Shown: positions 19,590-30,536 of the stretch, one piece after another
Layout of the letters: every line of letters begins with the position of its first letter
Position numbering within the stretch: the first letter of the stretch is position 1
Program-made: the position numbers and the translations under genes
Notes under the pieces: model-generated
The model's input: only the letters and a program-made list of their open reading frames with translations
What the model was told of the DNA's origin: nothing
Databases searched by the model: none
Source of the DNA: an uncultured Planctomycetota bacterium
Lineage (GTDB): Bacteria > Planctomycetota > Planctomycetia > Gemmatales > Gemmataceae
Reading direction: 5' to 3'
Length of the DNA: 64,000 bases
Assembly: GCA_963849325.1 (NCBI GenBank)
Contig: CAWKHF010000012.1
Span: 1,248,001 to 1,312,000, forward strand

Positions 19590-20710
19590 GTGCCATGTCC
19601 TGCGCCGCGTCCGCTCCTGGTGCTGGTTCGCCCTCGCTCTGCCCCTGGCCGTGGGCCTGACCGCGGTCGGCTGCAAGGCCATCTCCAACCGCCTGACCCA
19701 CTGGAAGATGCTCGGCCAGGAAGCCCTCGAAGACCCCATCAAGGCCGTCGGCGGCGACGGCATCGTCTTCGCCCCGCGCCGCGAAGGACCGGCCGCTGAG
19801 CCGCCAGCAACTCGCCGCCGCCACGCCGGAGATGCTGGCCGATTACTACGCCCCCATCTTCGTGCAGCAGCGCGTCAACTCGCAGGCGCTGAAGCACCCC
19901 TATCCGCCCGAGTACGACATGATCGGCCAGGCCCACCTGCGCCACGACGACAAGGGCAAGCTCAAAGCCTATGTCGCCGGCAGCCCAAGGTCTACGCCAT
20001 CTTCAAGCAGCAGGCCATCGACGGGCCATCCGCACGTGCAGATCACCTACACGGCCTGGTATCCCGCCCACCCGCGCATGAAGAACTTCGACGTGGAAGA
20101 GGCGGACATCGATAGCTGCGTGGTCCGCGTCACGCTCGACGCCGACAACGCTCCGCTGTTCTACGAGACCATCGCCGCCTGCGGCTGCTTCCACAAGGTC
20201 TTCGTCGAGAAGCACATCGAGGACGCGGCCCGGCAGACGCTTCGGCGCGCCGGAGAAGGGCAAGAAATTCTGCGTGGCCAGGACGCTCAAGGACGACATC
20301 GACTGGGAGGTGGCCGGCATCGTGGACGAGCCGCGCGACGCAGCCGCGCCGGCCGGTGGTGTTCCTCAAGGCCGGCGAACACAAGGTCTTCGGCCTGGGC
20401 AGCGCCGCCCGCCTGCGCGTGCCGCCGCAGGCGAAGACGCACCCCTACGACATGGTTCCCTACTCGGACCTGTACCGCGTGGCCGTGGACGGCGGCGGGC
20501 AGCCGGCGCCGTTCTTCGACCTGGGCAACGGCGGCAAGGTCTACGGCGCCGAGCGCAAGAAGGAGCGTTTCCTGATGTCGTTCGCCGGCGTGGACAGCGC
20601 CGGCCAGCCGCGCGCCGACGACCAGATCAAGATGCACTTCGATCAGAGCACCTGGGGCGATCCGACGATTTACAGGCAAATACCTGCGTCTGCCGCCCGG
20701 AACGCTGTGA
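19590..20710 (+). CDS. Putative lipoprotein of unknown function (frameshifted)
   Basis: RBS GGAGGAG; lipobox-like LTAVGC; continuous coding across ORFs 18946 (3' part), 19832 and 20356; contains ETIAACGCFHK. Confidence 0.55.
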
Positions 20711-20740
20711 GGACAGACGGCCTGCGGAAGAGGAGTGGTC

Positions 20741-21612
<872 letters not shown>

Positions 21613-21616
<4 letters not shown>

Positions 21617-24127
21617 ACCTCTGGACCTACAACGTCCGCGAGATCCAGCGCCGGCCCGGCCGAATGCTGCTGACGCTTCTCGGCATCTCGCTGGGGCTGG
21701 CCACCGTCGTCGCCACGCGGCTGACCATCCGCACGGTCGATCGGGCCTATCGCGAACTTGTTCGAGGGCGTCGCCGGGCGGGCCTCGCTGGAGGTGACGG
21801 CGAAGGGACAAGGCGGCTTCGACGCCGCCTTCGCGTCGGGCCTGGAATCGGTGCCCGGCGTCAAGGCCGTGGTGCCGCGCATTCAGAGCGCGGCCGCCCT
21901 GGTGGGCGCCTCCGGCAGCGTGGCCGTTCCGGTACTGGGGATCGACCCGCGCGGCGCGGCCGTCGCCGACTGGCCGCTGCGCGACGGCCGTCCGCTCGCC
22001 GGAGACGACGACGCCCTGCTCGATCCGGGCCTGGCGGAATCCCTGCGTTTGACGCCCGGCCAAACGATGGAGCTGTGGGCGCCGGCGGGGCCGGCACACC
22101 TCCATCTGTCGGGCATTCTTCAGCCGCGCGGGGCCAGCGCGGTCACGGGCGGCCAGATGATCGTCTCCCTCGCCTGCGCCAGCGATCTGTTTGAGCTGCC
22201 TCGGCGTGTCAACGGCATCCAGGTGCTTCTCGCGGACGATGCCGATGCCGCTGTCGTGCAAGCGGAGATCGCAACGCCGTTTGCCGGCGGGTCTGGTCGT
22301 GCAGCCGCCGGGGATGCGCGGCGAGATGGCCCGCGCCACCCTGCTTGCCGCCGAGCAGGGGCTGTCGTCGCTCAGCCTCGTCGCCCTCATCGCCGCCACC
22401 TTCGTCATCCTCAACACCTTCCTGCTCAACCTCGGCGAGCGTCGCAAGCAGGTGGCCATCCTGCGATCGCTCGGCGCCAGTCGAGTGCAGGTGCTGCATC
22501 TGCTACTGCGCGAGACGCTCGCGCTCGGTTTGGTCGGCACGCGTGGCGGGCTGCGGCGCCGGTGTGGCCCTGGCCGTGGGCCTGAACTATGCGATGCAGC
22601 AGTTCCTCGGCATCGCCCTGCCCGCGCCTGCGACTGAGTGCGGGGCCGTTCCTCCTCGCCGCCCTGTTGGGGCCGGGTACGTCGCTGGCCGCCGCCGGCC
22701 TGCCCGCCTGGCGCGCCAGTCGCCGGCCGCCGCTGGCGGAACTGCTGCCCGGACAGGCCCACAGCGAGGAGATGCTGCCGCGATCGCTCTGGCAGCTCGG
22801 CGTGCTCCTGCTCGCCGTGGGACTGGGATTACAAATCGGCCTGTGGACACGGCTGGATTCTCCGAGGCGGCCGGACGGGTACTCCTGGCCCCCGCCCTCG
22901 CGCTTCTCCTGGTCGGAGGCGTCCTGGCGCTGCCGCTGGTGGTCGATCCGCTGGTGAGCCTGGCTGGCGTCTTGCCGCTGGGCCTGGAGGGAAAGCTGGC
23001 CGCGCAGCAGCTGGCGCGGCATCGCGGCCGGACGAGCCTGACCAGCGGCGTTCTCTTCCTCGCCCTGGTCGTGGCCATCGCCTTCGGCCAATCGCTGCGG
23101 ACGACGCTCGCGCGATCTGCGGCACTGGTACGGACAGACCATCGTCGCCGATTTCCTGGTCCGCGGCGCCATGCCGGACACGTCGTTTCTGCTGGCGCCG
23201 GCGTTACCCGAGGCGCTCGGCGAGGAGATTCGCCCGCTGCGGCGATGGGGTCGCGGTGGATCGCATCGCCTTCGTGCCGGCGGAGATCGAGGACCGGCCG
23301 GTCCTCGTCCTGGCCCGGACCTTCGCGGCCGACCGCTCCCTGCCGCTCGATCTGCAGGAGGGAGACGAAGCGAGTGTTCGGCGCGGACTGCTGGCCGGCG
23401 AGGCCGTCCTGGGGACCGGACTGGCGCAACGACTGGGGCTGCACCAGGGAGGTGTCCTGAAGCTGACGACGGTGCAGGGCGTCCGCGAGGTGCGCATCGC
23501 GGGGACCGCCGTGGAATATGCCAGCGGCGGCCTGGCCCTGTACCTGGAGTGGGAGACGGCCCGCCGTCTCCTCGACGTGCCCGGCGTCCACGTCTTCCTG
23601 GTCAGTGGCAAGACGGGCGGAGTGCCCGCGCTGGCCCCCGCCCTGCATGGCTTCTGCGAACGGCATCACTTGCTGCTGCAATCCAACGCCGACCTTCGCG
23701 CCTTGATCGATGCCATGCTGGGCCGCGTCACCGGCGTCCTCTGGGGACTGATGGCGCTGGCTTTCGCCGTGGCGTCGTTGGGGATCATCAACACGTTGAC
23801 CATGAACGTCCACGATCAGACGCGCGCGTTCGGCGTGCTGCGCGCCTGGGCCTGAAGCGCGGCCAGGTGGGCAAGATCGTCGTGACGCAAGCCGTGCTGC
23901 TGGCCGGCATCAGCCTCTTGCCTGGCGCGCTGGCCGGCATCGCCCTGGCCTATGCGATCCATCGCGCGGGTGCCGCCTGGGCGGGACCGCAGGCGGCCTT
24001 CCGGGTCGACGGCGTGCTGGTCGTCGGAGCGTGTGGGCTGTCGGTGGTCATGGCGGTGCTGGCTTCCCTGGCGCCGGCGCGGCGGGCTGTCAGGCATTCG
24101 GTGGCGCAGTCGCTGCACCACGGTTGA
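21613..24127 (+). CDS. ABC transporter permease, FtsX/MacB-type with two repeats (multiple frameshifts)
   Basis: RRPGRMLLTLLGISLG, ILNTFLLNLGERRKQVAILRSLGA, GIINTLTMNVHDQTRAFGVLRA, LASLAPARRA. Confidence 0.8.
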
Positions 24128-24248
24128 AGAGAAAAGGGATCAGTGTTCTATTTGGACACAAAATATCCTTTATACCTTTCCTTTTCCAGCTTGACGTGCC
24201 GCAAGGTTTGTGGAGACTCGCCGAATGGGCCAAACGCTTCCGCGAGCG

Positions 24249-27200
24249 TCACGGTTCGACGACGGTTCGTCCAGCGAGACGTTGCAACGATGCTTTCGCC
24301 TCACGAGTCAGACCGTCTTCCAGCGCTCCCGCAGCCAGCGAACGGAGCACGGTTCGCGCCTCGCCGCTGCCGATGTGTTCCAGGACTTCCACGGCCCGCA
24401 AAGCGCGTAGTTGTTCGGTCGAGAGCGTTCGGATCTCCACCTGTTCGAGCAAGGCCCGCAGCCGTCGCGCCATCTCCAGCGAGGGCTTGGCCGCCAGTGC
24501 CTTGCGTAAAGCCGGTTCAGCCCGTTCGCCCAACCGGCGCAACTCCTGCGAAGCGCGATTGCGCGGCTCGAATTGATCGCTGTCCAGATCGGCAAGGAGA
24601 CGAGTCAAGCGTTCTTCCTCCACGCGCGGCACCGGCCGAAGATGTTGGGCCAGAAAAGCGACCACGGAAGGGCCGGCGGCAACGAGTCGCCATAAGGCGC
24701 GATAGGCTCGCATACCATCCTTGTCGCCGAGTTCGGCCCACAAGCGTTCGATCTCGCCGGACTTCACACGGCGGGAAGACCATTTGCCGTTCGGGCAGAT
24801 GCCCGTCACGTCCCACACGCAAGCCGTGTAGTCGAGGCTGCCCGAAGCCAGCAGTCGGCCGTCCGGCGAGAACGCCAGCGACCAGATCCATTCGCGGTGG
24901 CCGGTGAAGCGGCCGCGCTCCTTCCCGCTGGCCTGCTCGAACAGCAAGATGGTAGCGACGTCCGCAGCCGCCAACGTCTTGCCGTCTGGGGAAATCGCCA
25001 TCGCTGGGATGTTGCCCGTCCGCACGGGGATGCGGCGCAATTCTCGTTTGCTGGCCACGTCCCACAGGCGCAAGGAATTCCCCGGATGTCCCTCCGTCAA
25101 AGGCCTCTCTTCGTGAGCCGCGAGGAGGTACTGGCCGTCGGGAGAGAACGTCAGGCAAGTGGGCATCGTAGGATCGTGCCAGGTGAATCGGTCTGCTTCC
25201 TTTGCCGTCCTCGTCTCGTACAGGTAGATAATCCGGTTATCGAGAGACGGCGGAGCAACCGCCAAGATCCGGCCATCGGGCGAGAAGACGTGGGGGTGGC
25301 GGTAGCGTTGGTCGCCCGTCTTCTGGAGGGAACGCAACAGTTTGCCGGTCGTCGCGTCCCAGAGGCGAAGCCGGTCATCCTGGTGCCCGACCGCCACCAT
25401 TTTTCCATCCGGAGAAAAATCCGCCTGATCCTTGTCAATAGGCGGTTCGCCGATGCGACAGCACGCCTTGCCGGTCGCCGGCTCCCAGACGTGGAGCACG
25501 CCCTGGAGATTCGCCAGGGCGGCCCTTTCGCCGTGGGCCGTCAAGGCGGTGCCGAGAAGCACGTCGGTTCGCCGGCCAAAACCTTCCGGGAGATCGTGCA
25601 AGGGCGTCAGCGGCTCGCCGGTGAGGGGATTCCACGAGCCGATTCGGCCCCCACAACAGCTGGCGATCAGCACTTTTGCGTCCCGGCTAAAGCGTACGGC
25701 CGTGACGTAATCCGGCAGTCCCAAAACAGGCATAAGCGGCTTGCCTGTCTGGGCGTTTCGCAGCCGGATGACACCGGATTGCACTTGGGCCAACACCTTG
25801 CCATCGGGAGAGAATGCCAGCTGGACGGTGAAGTTGTTGCCCTCATCCCAGCGGCGTAGCTTTTCTCCCGTGGCCGCCGCGAAGAACTGGGTTTGATTGC
25901 CCCAGCCGGCGCGCCGGTCTCCACAAACGAGAACCTGGCTATCCGGGGAGAAGCACAGGCAAGAAGCGTAGAATTCCGGATTCCAATCGACCTGGTTGGT
26001 TTCCAAAACGACTCGATTGATTTCTTTCCCCGTGACGGCATCCCACAGGAAGAGCACGTTGTGCGAACGGTTGGCGGCGAGCCTTTTGCCGTCCGGGGAG
26101 GCGGCGAGATGACAAAAGCCGTCTTCCGGGCGGTTCCTCTTCTGGTAGATTCTCCGAACTTCCTTGCCTGTGGTCATGTCCCACCAGCGGATGCTCGCTC
26201 CATCTCCCGAGACCAAAGTCTTGCCGTCCGCCAAGAAGACGAGGCTATCGCTGTTGGCCATGCTCTCCGCCGTGAAGCGACGTATCTCTTTCCAGGCGGC
26301 CGTATCCCACAACCGAATAGTCGTATCCTCCATCCCCGCAGCGAAGTGCTTACCGTCTGGGCTAAAGGCGAGGACTCCCGTACCGTCCGGATCGCCCTCG
26401 ATTTGGCGAAGCTCCTTGCCGGTACGTACGTCCCAGATCCGGATCACGGAGCTACGCAAGCGAGCCGTCGCCACCATCTTGCCGTTCGACGCGAGGGCAA
26501 AGCAAGACCATCCACCGCCATCTGGGATCGCTATTCGCTGCAATTCCTTTCCCGTCGTCGTATCCAGAAAGCGGACAACGCCCCTGTTCTCGCACAGAGC
26601 CAAGCTTTTGCCGTCGGGTGCAAACGCCAGAGGTCCATGACTCTTACCGCACCACCAGCGCACCGTGCCGATGCGGGCCACGGCTCGCGGCGGCAGTGGA
26701 TCGCCGAAACGATCCGTGCGTGCGCGCACGTCGCGCTCCGCTCTGGGCAGGTCTGCTTCTCGCGCCGCCCCTTCCGTGACTGACTCCAGTTTGTCCTCGG
26801 GTCTCTGCCAGGCAAACCCGGCGACAGCCGTGGTAATCACGGAAGCCGCCAGCGTGAAGACCACGAGGCGGAGTTTCGTCACGGCGAACATTTGCGTCGC
26901 CTGGCGCAGCAGGGACGCGACCGAGGCGGAGATGACCCCGGCCGTCGGCCCTCCTGAGGCGAGGGCAAGCGCGGCGTGCAAGGTTCCCTCCACCAGCGCG
27001 GCCGAAACCGCGGATGCCGGCGCGGTGGCGAGGGCCAGTCCGGCGAGGACGGCCGACAACTCCACGCCGCGACGCGCCAATCGCCGCCGCAATTGCTCGC
27101 GCGCCCGGCTGAGCGTGCCGGATACCGTACCCTCCTTCCAGCCAAGCTGCCCGGCTACCTCGGCCAAGCGCTTGCCCTCTAATGCACACAGCACGAACAC

Positions 27201-27662
27201 GGCGCGTTGCCGCGCAGACAACTTCTGGATTTCCTCATCGAGAATGGCCTGCACTTCCCGCCAGGACGACTCGGCGGCGACTTCCGCTCGCGGCATGTTG
27301 GCTCCCTTGCGTTCGTGCTTCCGCCGGGTGATCGAATCGCGCCGCGCACGCCAAGCGATGTGATAGGCCGTCCCGTGAAGCCAGCTCGCCAACGCCGTGC
27401 CTTTGCGGATGGAGGCGGCCTTGCGAGCCAGCACGAGAAACGTCGCTTGAAACGCATCCTCGGCGTCCTGCTCCTGGCCCAGCACATTGCGGCAGACGCT
27501 CCAGACCATGCGGCCGTGTCGCTGCATCAGCGCCGCGAAGGCGTCGCTGGCCCGCTCGGTGACAAAGCGTGCCAGCAGTTCCGCATCGGAGAGTGAGGCC
27601 GCCTCGGGCGCGGCCCACCGGCGAAGATGTTCGAGGATGGCCGGCCATTGTCCGCCGCTCAT
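24249..27662 (-). CDS. ECF sigma-70 factor with C-terminal WD40-repeat domain
   Basis: Start MSGGQW at 27662. SDAELLARF...RHGRMVWSVCRNVLG...DAEDAFQATFLVL and GTVSGTLSRAR (sigma regions 2 and 4), then TDRFGDPLP and many AFSPDG...WD repeats. Confidence 0.9.
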   Translation of the reverse strand: MSGGQWPAILEHLRRWAAPEAASLSDAELLARFVTERASDAFAALMQRHGRMVWSVCRNVLGQEQDAEDAFQATFLVLARKAASIRKGTALASWLHGTAYHIAWRARRDSITRRKHERKGANMPRAEVAAESSWREVQAILDEEIQKLSARQRAVFVLCALEGKRLAEVAGQLGWKEGTVSGTLSRAREQLRRRLARRGVELSAVLAGLALATAPASAVSAALVEGTLHAALALASGGPTAGVISASVASLLRQATQMFAVTKLRLVVFTLAASVITTAVAGFAWQRPEDKLESVTEGAAREADLPRAERDVRARTDRFGDPLPPRAVARIGTVRWWCGKSHGPLAFAPDGKSLALCENRGVVRFLDTTTGKELQRIAIPDGGGWSCFALASNGKMVATARLRSSVIRIWDVRTGKELRQIEGDPDGTGVLAFSPDGKHFAAGMEDTTIRLWDTAAWKEIRRFTAESMANSDSLVFLADGKTLVSGDGASIRWWDMTTGKEVRRIYQKRNRPEDGFCHLAASPDGKRLAANRSHNVLFLWDAVTGKEINRVVLETNQVDWNPEFYASCLCFSPDSQVLVCGDRRAGWGNQTQFFAAATGEKLRRWDEGNNFTVQLAFSPDGKVLAQVQSGVIRLRNAQTGKPLMPVLGLPDYVTAVRFSRDAKVLIASCCGGRIGSWNPLTGEPLTPLHDLPEGFGRRTDVLLGTALTAHGERAALANLQGVLHVWEPATGKACCRIGEPPIDKDQADFSPDGKMVAVGHQDDRLRLWDATTGKLLRSLQKTGDQRYRHPHVFSPDGRILAVAPPSLDNRIIYLYETRTAKEADRFTWHDPTMPTCLTFSPDGQYLLAAHEERPLTEGHPGNSLRLWDVASKRELRRIPVRTGNIPAMAISPDGKTLAAADVATILLFEQASGKERGRFTGHREWIWSLAFSPDGRLLASGSLDYTACVWDVTGICPNGKWSSRRVKSGEIERLWAELGDKDGMRAYRALWRLVAAGPSVVAFLAQHLRPVPRVEEERLTRLLADLDSDQFEPRNRASQELRRLGERAEPALRKALAAKPSLEMARRLRALLEQVEIRTLSTEQLRALRAVEVLEHIGSGEARTVLRSLAAGALEDGLTREAKASLQRLAGRTVVEP

Positions 27663-27893
27663 GGTATCGATCTCATTTCGGGCCGTAGGTGTATCTACCC
27701 TTATAGTCCCCTGCCAGTGGCAAACCCTACACCATCTTCCCAAAATGCGTCGGCCGAATTTGCGGATCGTGCCGGTTGCGATGCCTCCTCGGCCTGTTTT
27801 CCGACCACGTGAAGTCGAGAATCGCTTGCATCGCAACCTGAACTGTTGTACCCTCTCTGGGTTGTGTACCCAGTTCGAGCATGGACGTGCCTC

Positions 27894-29144
27894 ATGCCAC
27901 CTCCCTTTCCACCCGCCGGCGTCAAGATCCTCAGCATCGGCGAACTGACGCGCGCCATCAAGGGGCTGCTCGAAGAAGCGCACCCTATCGTGTGGGTGGA
28001 GGGCGAGGTGTCGAACCTTTCGCGGCCCAGCTCCTACGGTCATCAATACCTGACGCTCAAGGACGACGAAGCGCCGCTGAAGGCTGTCCTGTATCGAGCC
28101 ATCGCCCTGCGCATGAAGTTCGACCTGCGCGACGGCATGCGCGTGATCGTCCGCGGCCGGCTCACGCTGTACATGCCGCGCGGCGAATATCAGCTGCTCA
28201 TCGAGGAGATCCAGCCCAAGGGCATCGGTCCGCTGGAGCTGGCGTTCCGACAGCTCAAGGAAAAACTGTCGCTCAAAGGCTATTTCGATCCCAAAAGGAA
28301 GCGAAAGCCGCCGCGTATTCCGCGCCGCATTGTACTCGTCACCAGTCCGAGCGGCTCGGCGGTGCGCGACATGCTCGAAATCCTGTCGCGGCGCTGGCCG
28401 GCCGCCGAGGTGTGGGTCTGTCCGGTCCACGTCCAGGGTGAAGGCGCCGCCGCCGAGGTCGCCGAGGCCATCGCCGCGCTGAATCGCCTGGCCGACGACG
28501 GCACCGCTATCGACGTGCTGATCGTCGGCCGCGGGGGCGGCAGCCTCGAAGACCTGTGGACGTTCAACGAGGAGTGCGTCGCCCGCGCCCTGTTTCAGTC
28601 GCGCATCCCGGTTGTCACCGGCATCGGCCATGAGGACGACCTGACCATCGCCGACATGGTGGCCGACCTGCGCGCCCTGACGCCCAGTGAGGCGGCCGAG
28701 AAGGTCGTGCCCGATCGTGTCGCCGTGCTCGACTGGCTGGAAGGCCTCGAAACGCGCTTCCGTTCGGACCTACGCCGACGCCTGGACGCGGCCCGGTCGC
28801 GCCTGGACGAGCTGGCCGGCCGGCCCTGTTTCCGCCGGCCGCTCGAACGGGTCCACGAAGAGCGACGCCGGATCGACGACTGGAACGAACGTTTGCAGCG
28901 GGCCGCGCAGCGCCGCGTCGAACAGCTGCGCGAGCGGCTCAAGGCGGAGGCGGCACGGCTGGAGAACCTCAGCCCTCTGAACGTCCTCGCTCGGGGCTAC
29001 AGTTTGACGCGGAAGGAAGACGAGGACGACGCTGCTGCACCGTGCCGCACAGGTTCAGCCCGGCGAACGCATCGTGACGCGGCTGCACGAGGGACAGATC
29101 ATCAGTCGGGTCGAAGAGACGAGAGGAGGCGAATGAAGCGATGA
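27894..29144 (+). CDS. xseA: Exodeoxyribonuclease VII large subunit (probable frameshift near the 3' end)
   Basis: VWVEGEVSN, HQYLTLKD, VGRGGGSLEDLWTFN, GIGHEDD, TPSEAAE, LSPLNVLARGYS. Confidence 0.95.
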   Translation: MPPPFPPAGVKILSIGELTRAIKGLLEEAHPIVWVEGEVSNLSRPSSYGHQYLTLKDDEAPLKAVLYRAIALRMKFDLRDGMRVIVRGRLTLYMPRGEYQLLIEEIQPKGIGPLELAFRQLKEKLSLKGYFDPKRKRKPPRIPRRIVLVTSPSGSAVRDMLEILSRRWPAAEVWVCPVHVQGEGAAAEVAEAIAALNRLADDGTAIDVLIVGRGGGSLEDLWTFNEECVARALFQSRIPVVTGIGHEDDLTIADMVADLRALTPSEAAEKVVPDRVAVLDWLEGLETRFRSDLRRRLDAARSRLDELAGRPCFRRPLERVHEERRRIDDWNERLQRAAQRRVEQLRERLKAEAARLENLSPLNVLARGYSLTRKEDEDDAAAPCRTGSARRTHRDAAARGTDHQSGRRDERRRMKR

Positions 29145-29410
29145 ACGAACCAGTGGCCGACCGGCGGACCTTCGAGGAATCGCTGCTGGAACTGGAGCGC
29201 ATGGTGCGCGAGCTGGAAGACGGCCGGCTCGGCCTGGAGGATGCCCTGGCCCGCTACGAGCAGGGCGTCGGACTGATCAAGGGCTGTTACCAGCAGTTAC
29301 GCCAAGCGGAGCAGCGCATCCTGCTGCTGACCGGGGTTGATGAGGAACGGCAGCCGATCCTGCAACCGTTCAAGCACGAGGCGACGGCAGTAGCGAAGAA
29401 ACGCCCGTGA
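29141..29410 (+). CDS. xseB: Exodeoxyribonuclease VII small subunit
   Basis: TFEESLLELERMVRELEDGRLGLEDALARYEQG; directly follows xseA. Confidence 0.95.
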   Translation: MNEPVADRRTFEESLLELERMVRELEDGRLGLEDALARYEQGVGLIKGCYQQLRQAEQRILLLTGVDEERQPILQPFKHEATAVAKKRP

Positions 29411-29423
29411 CCCCGAAAAAACT

Positions 29424-29519
29424 TCGACCACGGAAAACACGGAAGACACGGAAAAAAGACAGATAGGGTGCATTGTTTTGATTATTTTTTTCCGTGTTTT
29501 CCGTGTTATCCGTGGTCGA
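29424..29519. repeat. Palindromic element, family A
   Basis: TCGACCACGGAAAACACGGAAGACACGGAAAAAA...TTTTTTCCGTGTTTTCCGTGTTATCCGTGGTCGA between convergent xseB and the arginase-family gene, whose stop lies within it. Confidence 0.85.
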
Positions 29520-30342
29520 TATTTTCGTGGCGGCGCAGCAGTAGGTATTCGAGCAGCCATACCAGCGTCGCGAGGCTTTGGTCATTGCGGTCGCGTCCGG
29601 GGTCGAACTCGGAGACGATCACGCCGGCCACCCGCGGCGACCAGATCGCATCGAGCAAGCGCAGAAGCAGAGACGGACTGAGGCCGAACGGCACCGGCTG
29701 CGTCACGGCCGGGAAGTGGACCGGATCGAACACGTCACAATCCACGTCCAGGAAAACACGGCGGGCACTCTGAGCGGCCTGGCGGAGGTGCGCGAGGGCC
29801 GGCTGCGGATCGATGGCCAGCTCGGCCGCGGCGAAGGTACGGCGATAGTAGCGATCGATGTAATCCGGCGGCAGCAGCAGGTCGCGGTGGCCGACGTTGA
29901 TCAGCGGCGGCAGCGGACCCTCGCAGTGCAGCAGGAAGTTGCCGTGCGATAGCTCGCGGGTGCAATCGTGGAAATGATGAATGTCCAGGTGAGCGTCGAG
30001 TTGCACGACGAGCGTGCTCTCGTCGGCGCCGGCCAGTTCGTCGTAGACCGGCAGCGCCCCGAGATGGTTGCCGGTGATCCAGAACAGGAAATCGCCTTGA
30101 CGTAGCACCGGACGCACGGCCTGCCGGCCGCGTCGCCGCCAGTCGGCGTAGGCTTCCAGGTTCTCGAAGTGAAACTCACGCAGGCGGACCCGATCGGTGT
30201 AGGCTTGCGCCCGTGTTGGTACGCGCTCGCGGCGGTTGTCGGCGAGAATTTCGCGCAGCTCATCGGCCAGCAGCGCGACGCCCGGCGCCGCGCCGGCGCT
30301 GCCGAACAGGTCGAACGGAAAAAAGATGAAGCAACTCTTCAT
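29506..30342 (-). CDS. Arginase/agmatinase (ureohydrolase) family protein
   Basis: GNH, QLDAHLD, SHGNF, LDVDCDVFDP, SEFDP metal-binding motifs. Confidence 0.85.
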   Translation of the reverse strand: MKSCFIFFPFDLFGSAGAAPGVALLADELREILADNRRERVPTRAQAYTDRVRLREFHFENLEAYADWRRRGRQAVRPVLRQGDFLFWITGNHLGALPVYDELAGADESTLVVQLDAHLDIHHFHDCTRELSHGNFLLHCEGPLPPLINVGHRDLLLPPDYIDRYYRRTFAAAELAIDPQPALAHLRQAAQSARRVFLDVDCDVFDPVHFPAVTQPVPFGLSPSLLLRLLDAIWSPRVAGVIVSEFDPGRDRNDQSLATLVWLLEYLLLRRHENIDHG

Positions 30343-30536
30343 AGTGTCCCCCTCACGATCGCGGCCCCGATGGGAGCTTCGCTCGACGCAACCTCATAAT
30401 ATCGTTGCCTGTCCACCTGTTGTCGGCTACCGTAGACGAAGGAAACGCGCTTAACGGCCGACGCCACCGATAGCAATCCCAACCCGATTAACTTTGACAA
30501 CGGCGAAAGTAACCGTAATTATCCTCTACATCTGAC

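Noticed and set aside
24249-28631. 1460-aa ORF as a single protein
   Set aside because: The first ~320 codons are antisense to xseA and the intergenic region; the sigma factor sequence begins at the ATG at 27662.
30494-30525. Sigma70 promoter from TTGACA upstream of the DUF1553 gene
   Set aside because: No acceptable -10 hexamer at 16-18 nt spacing.
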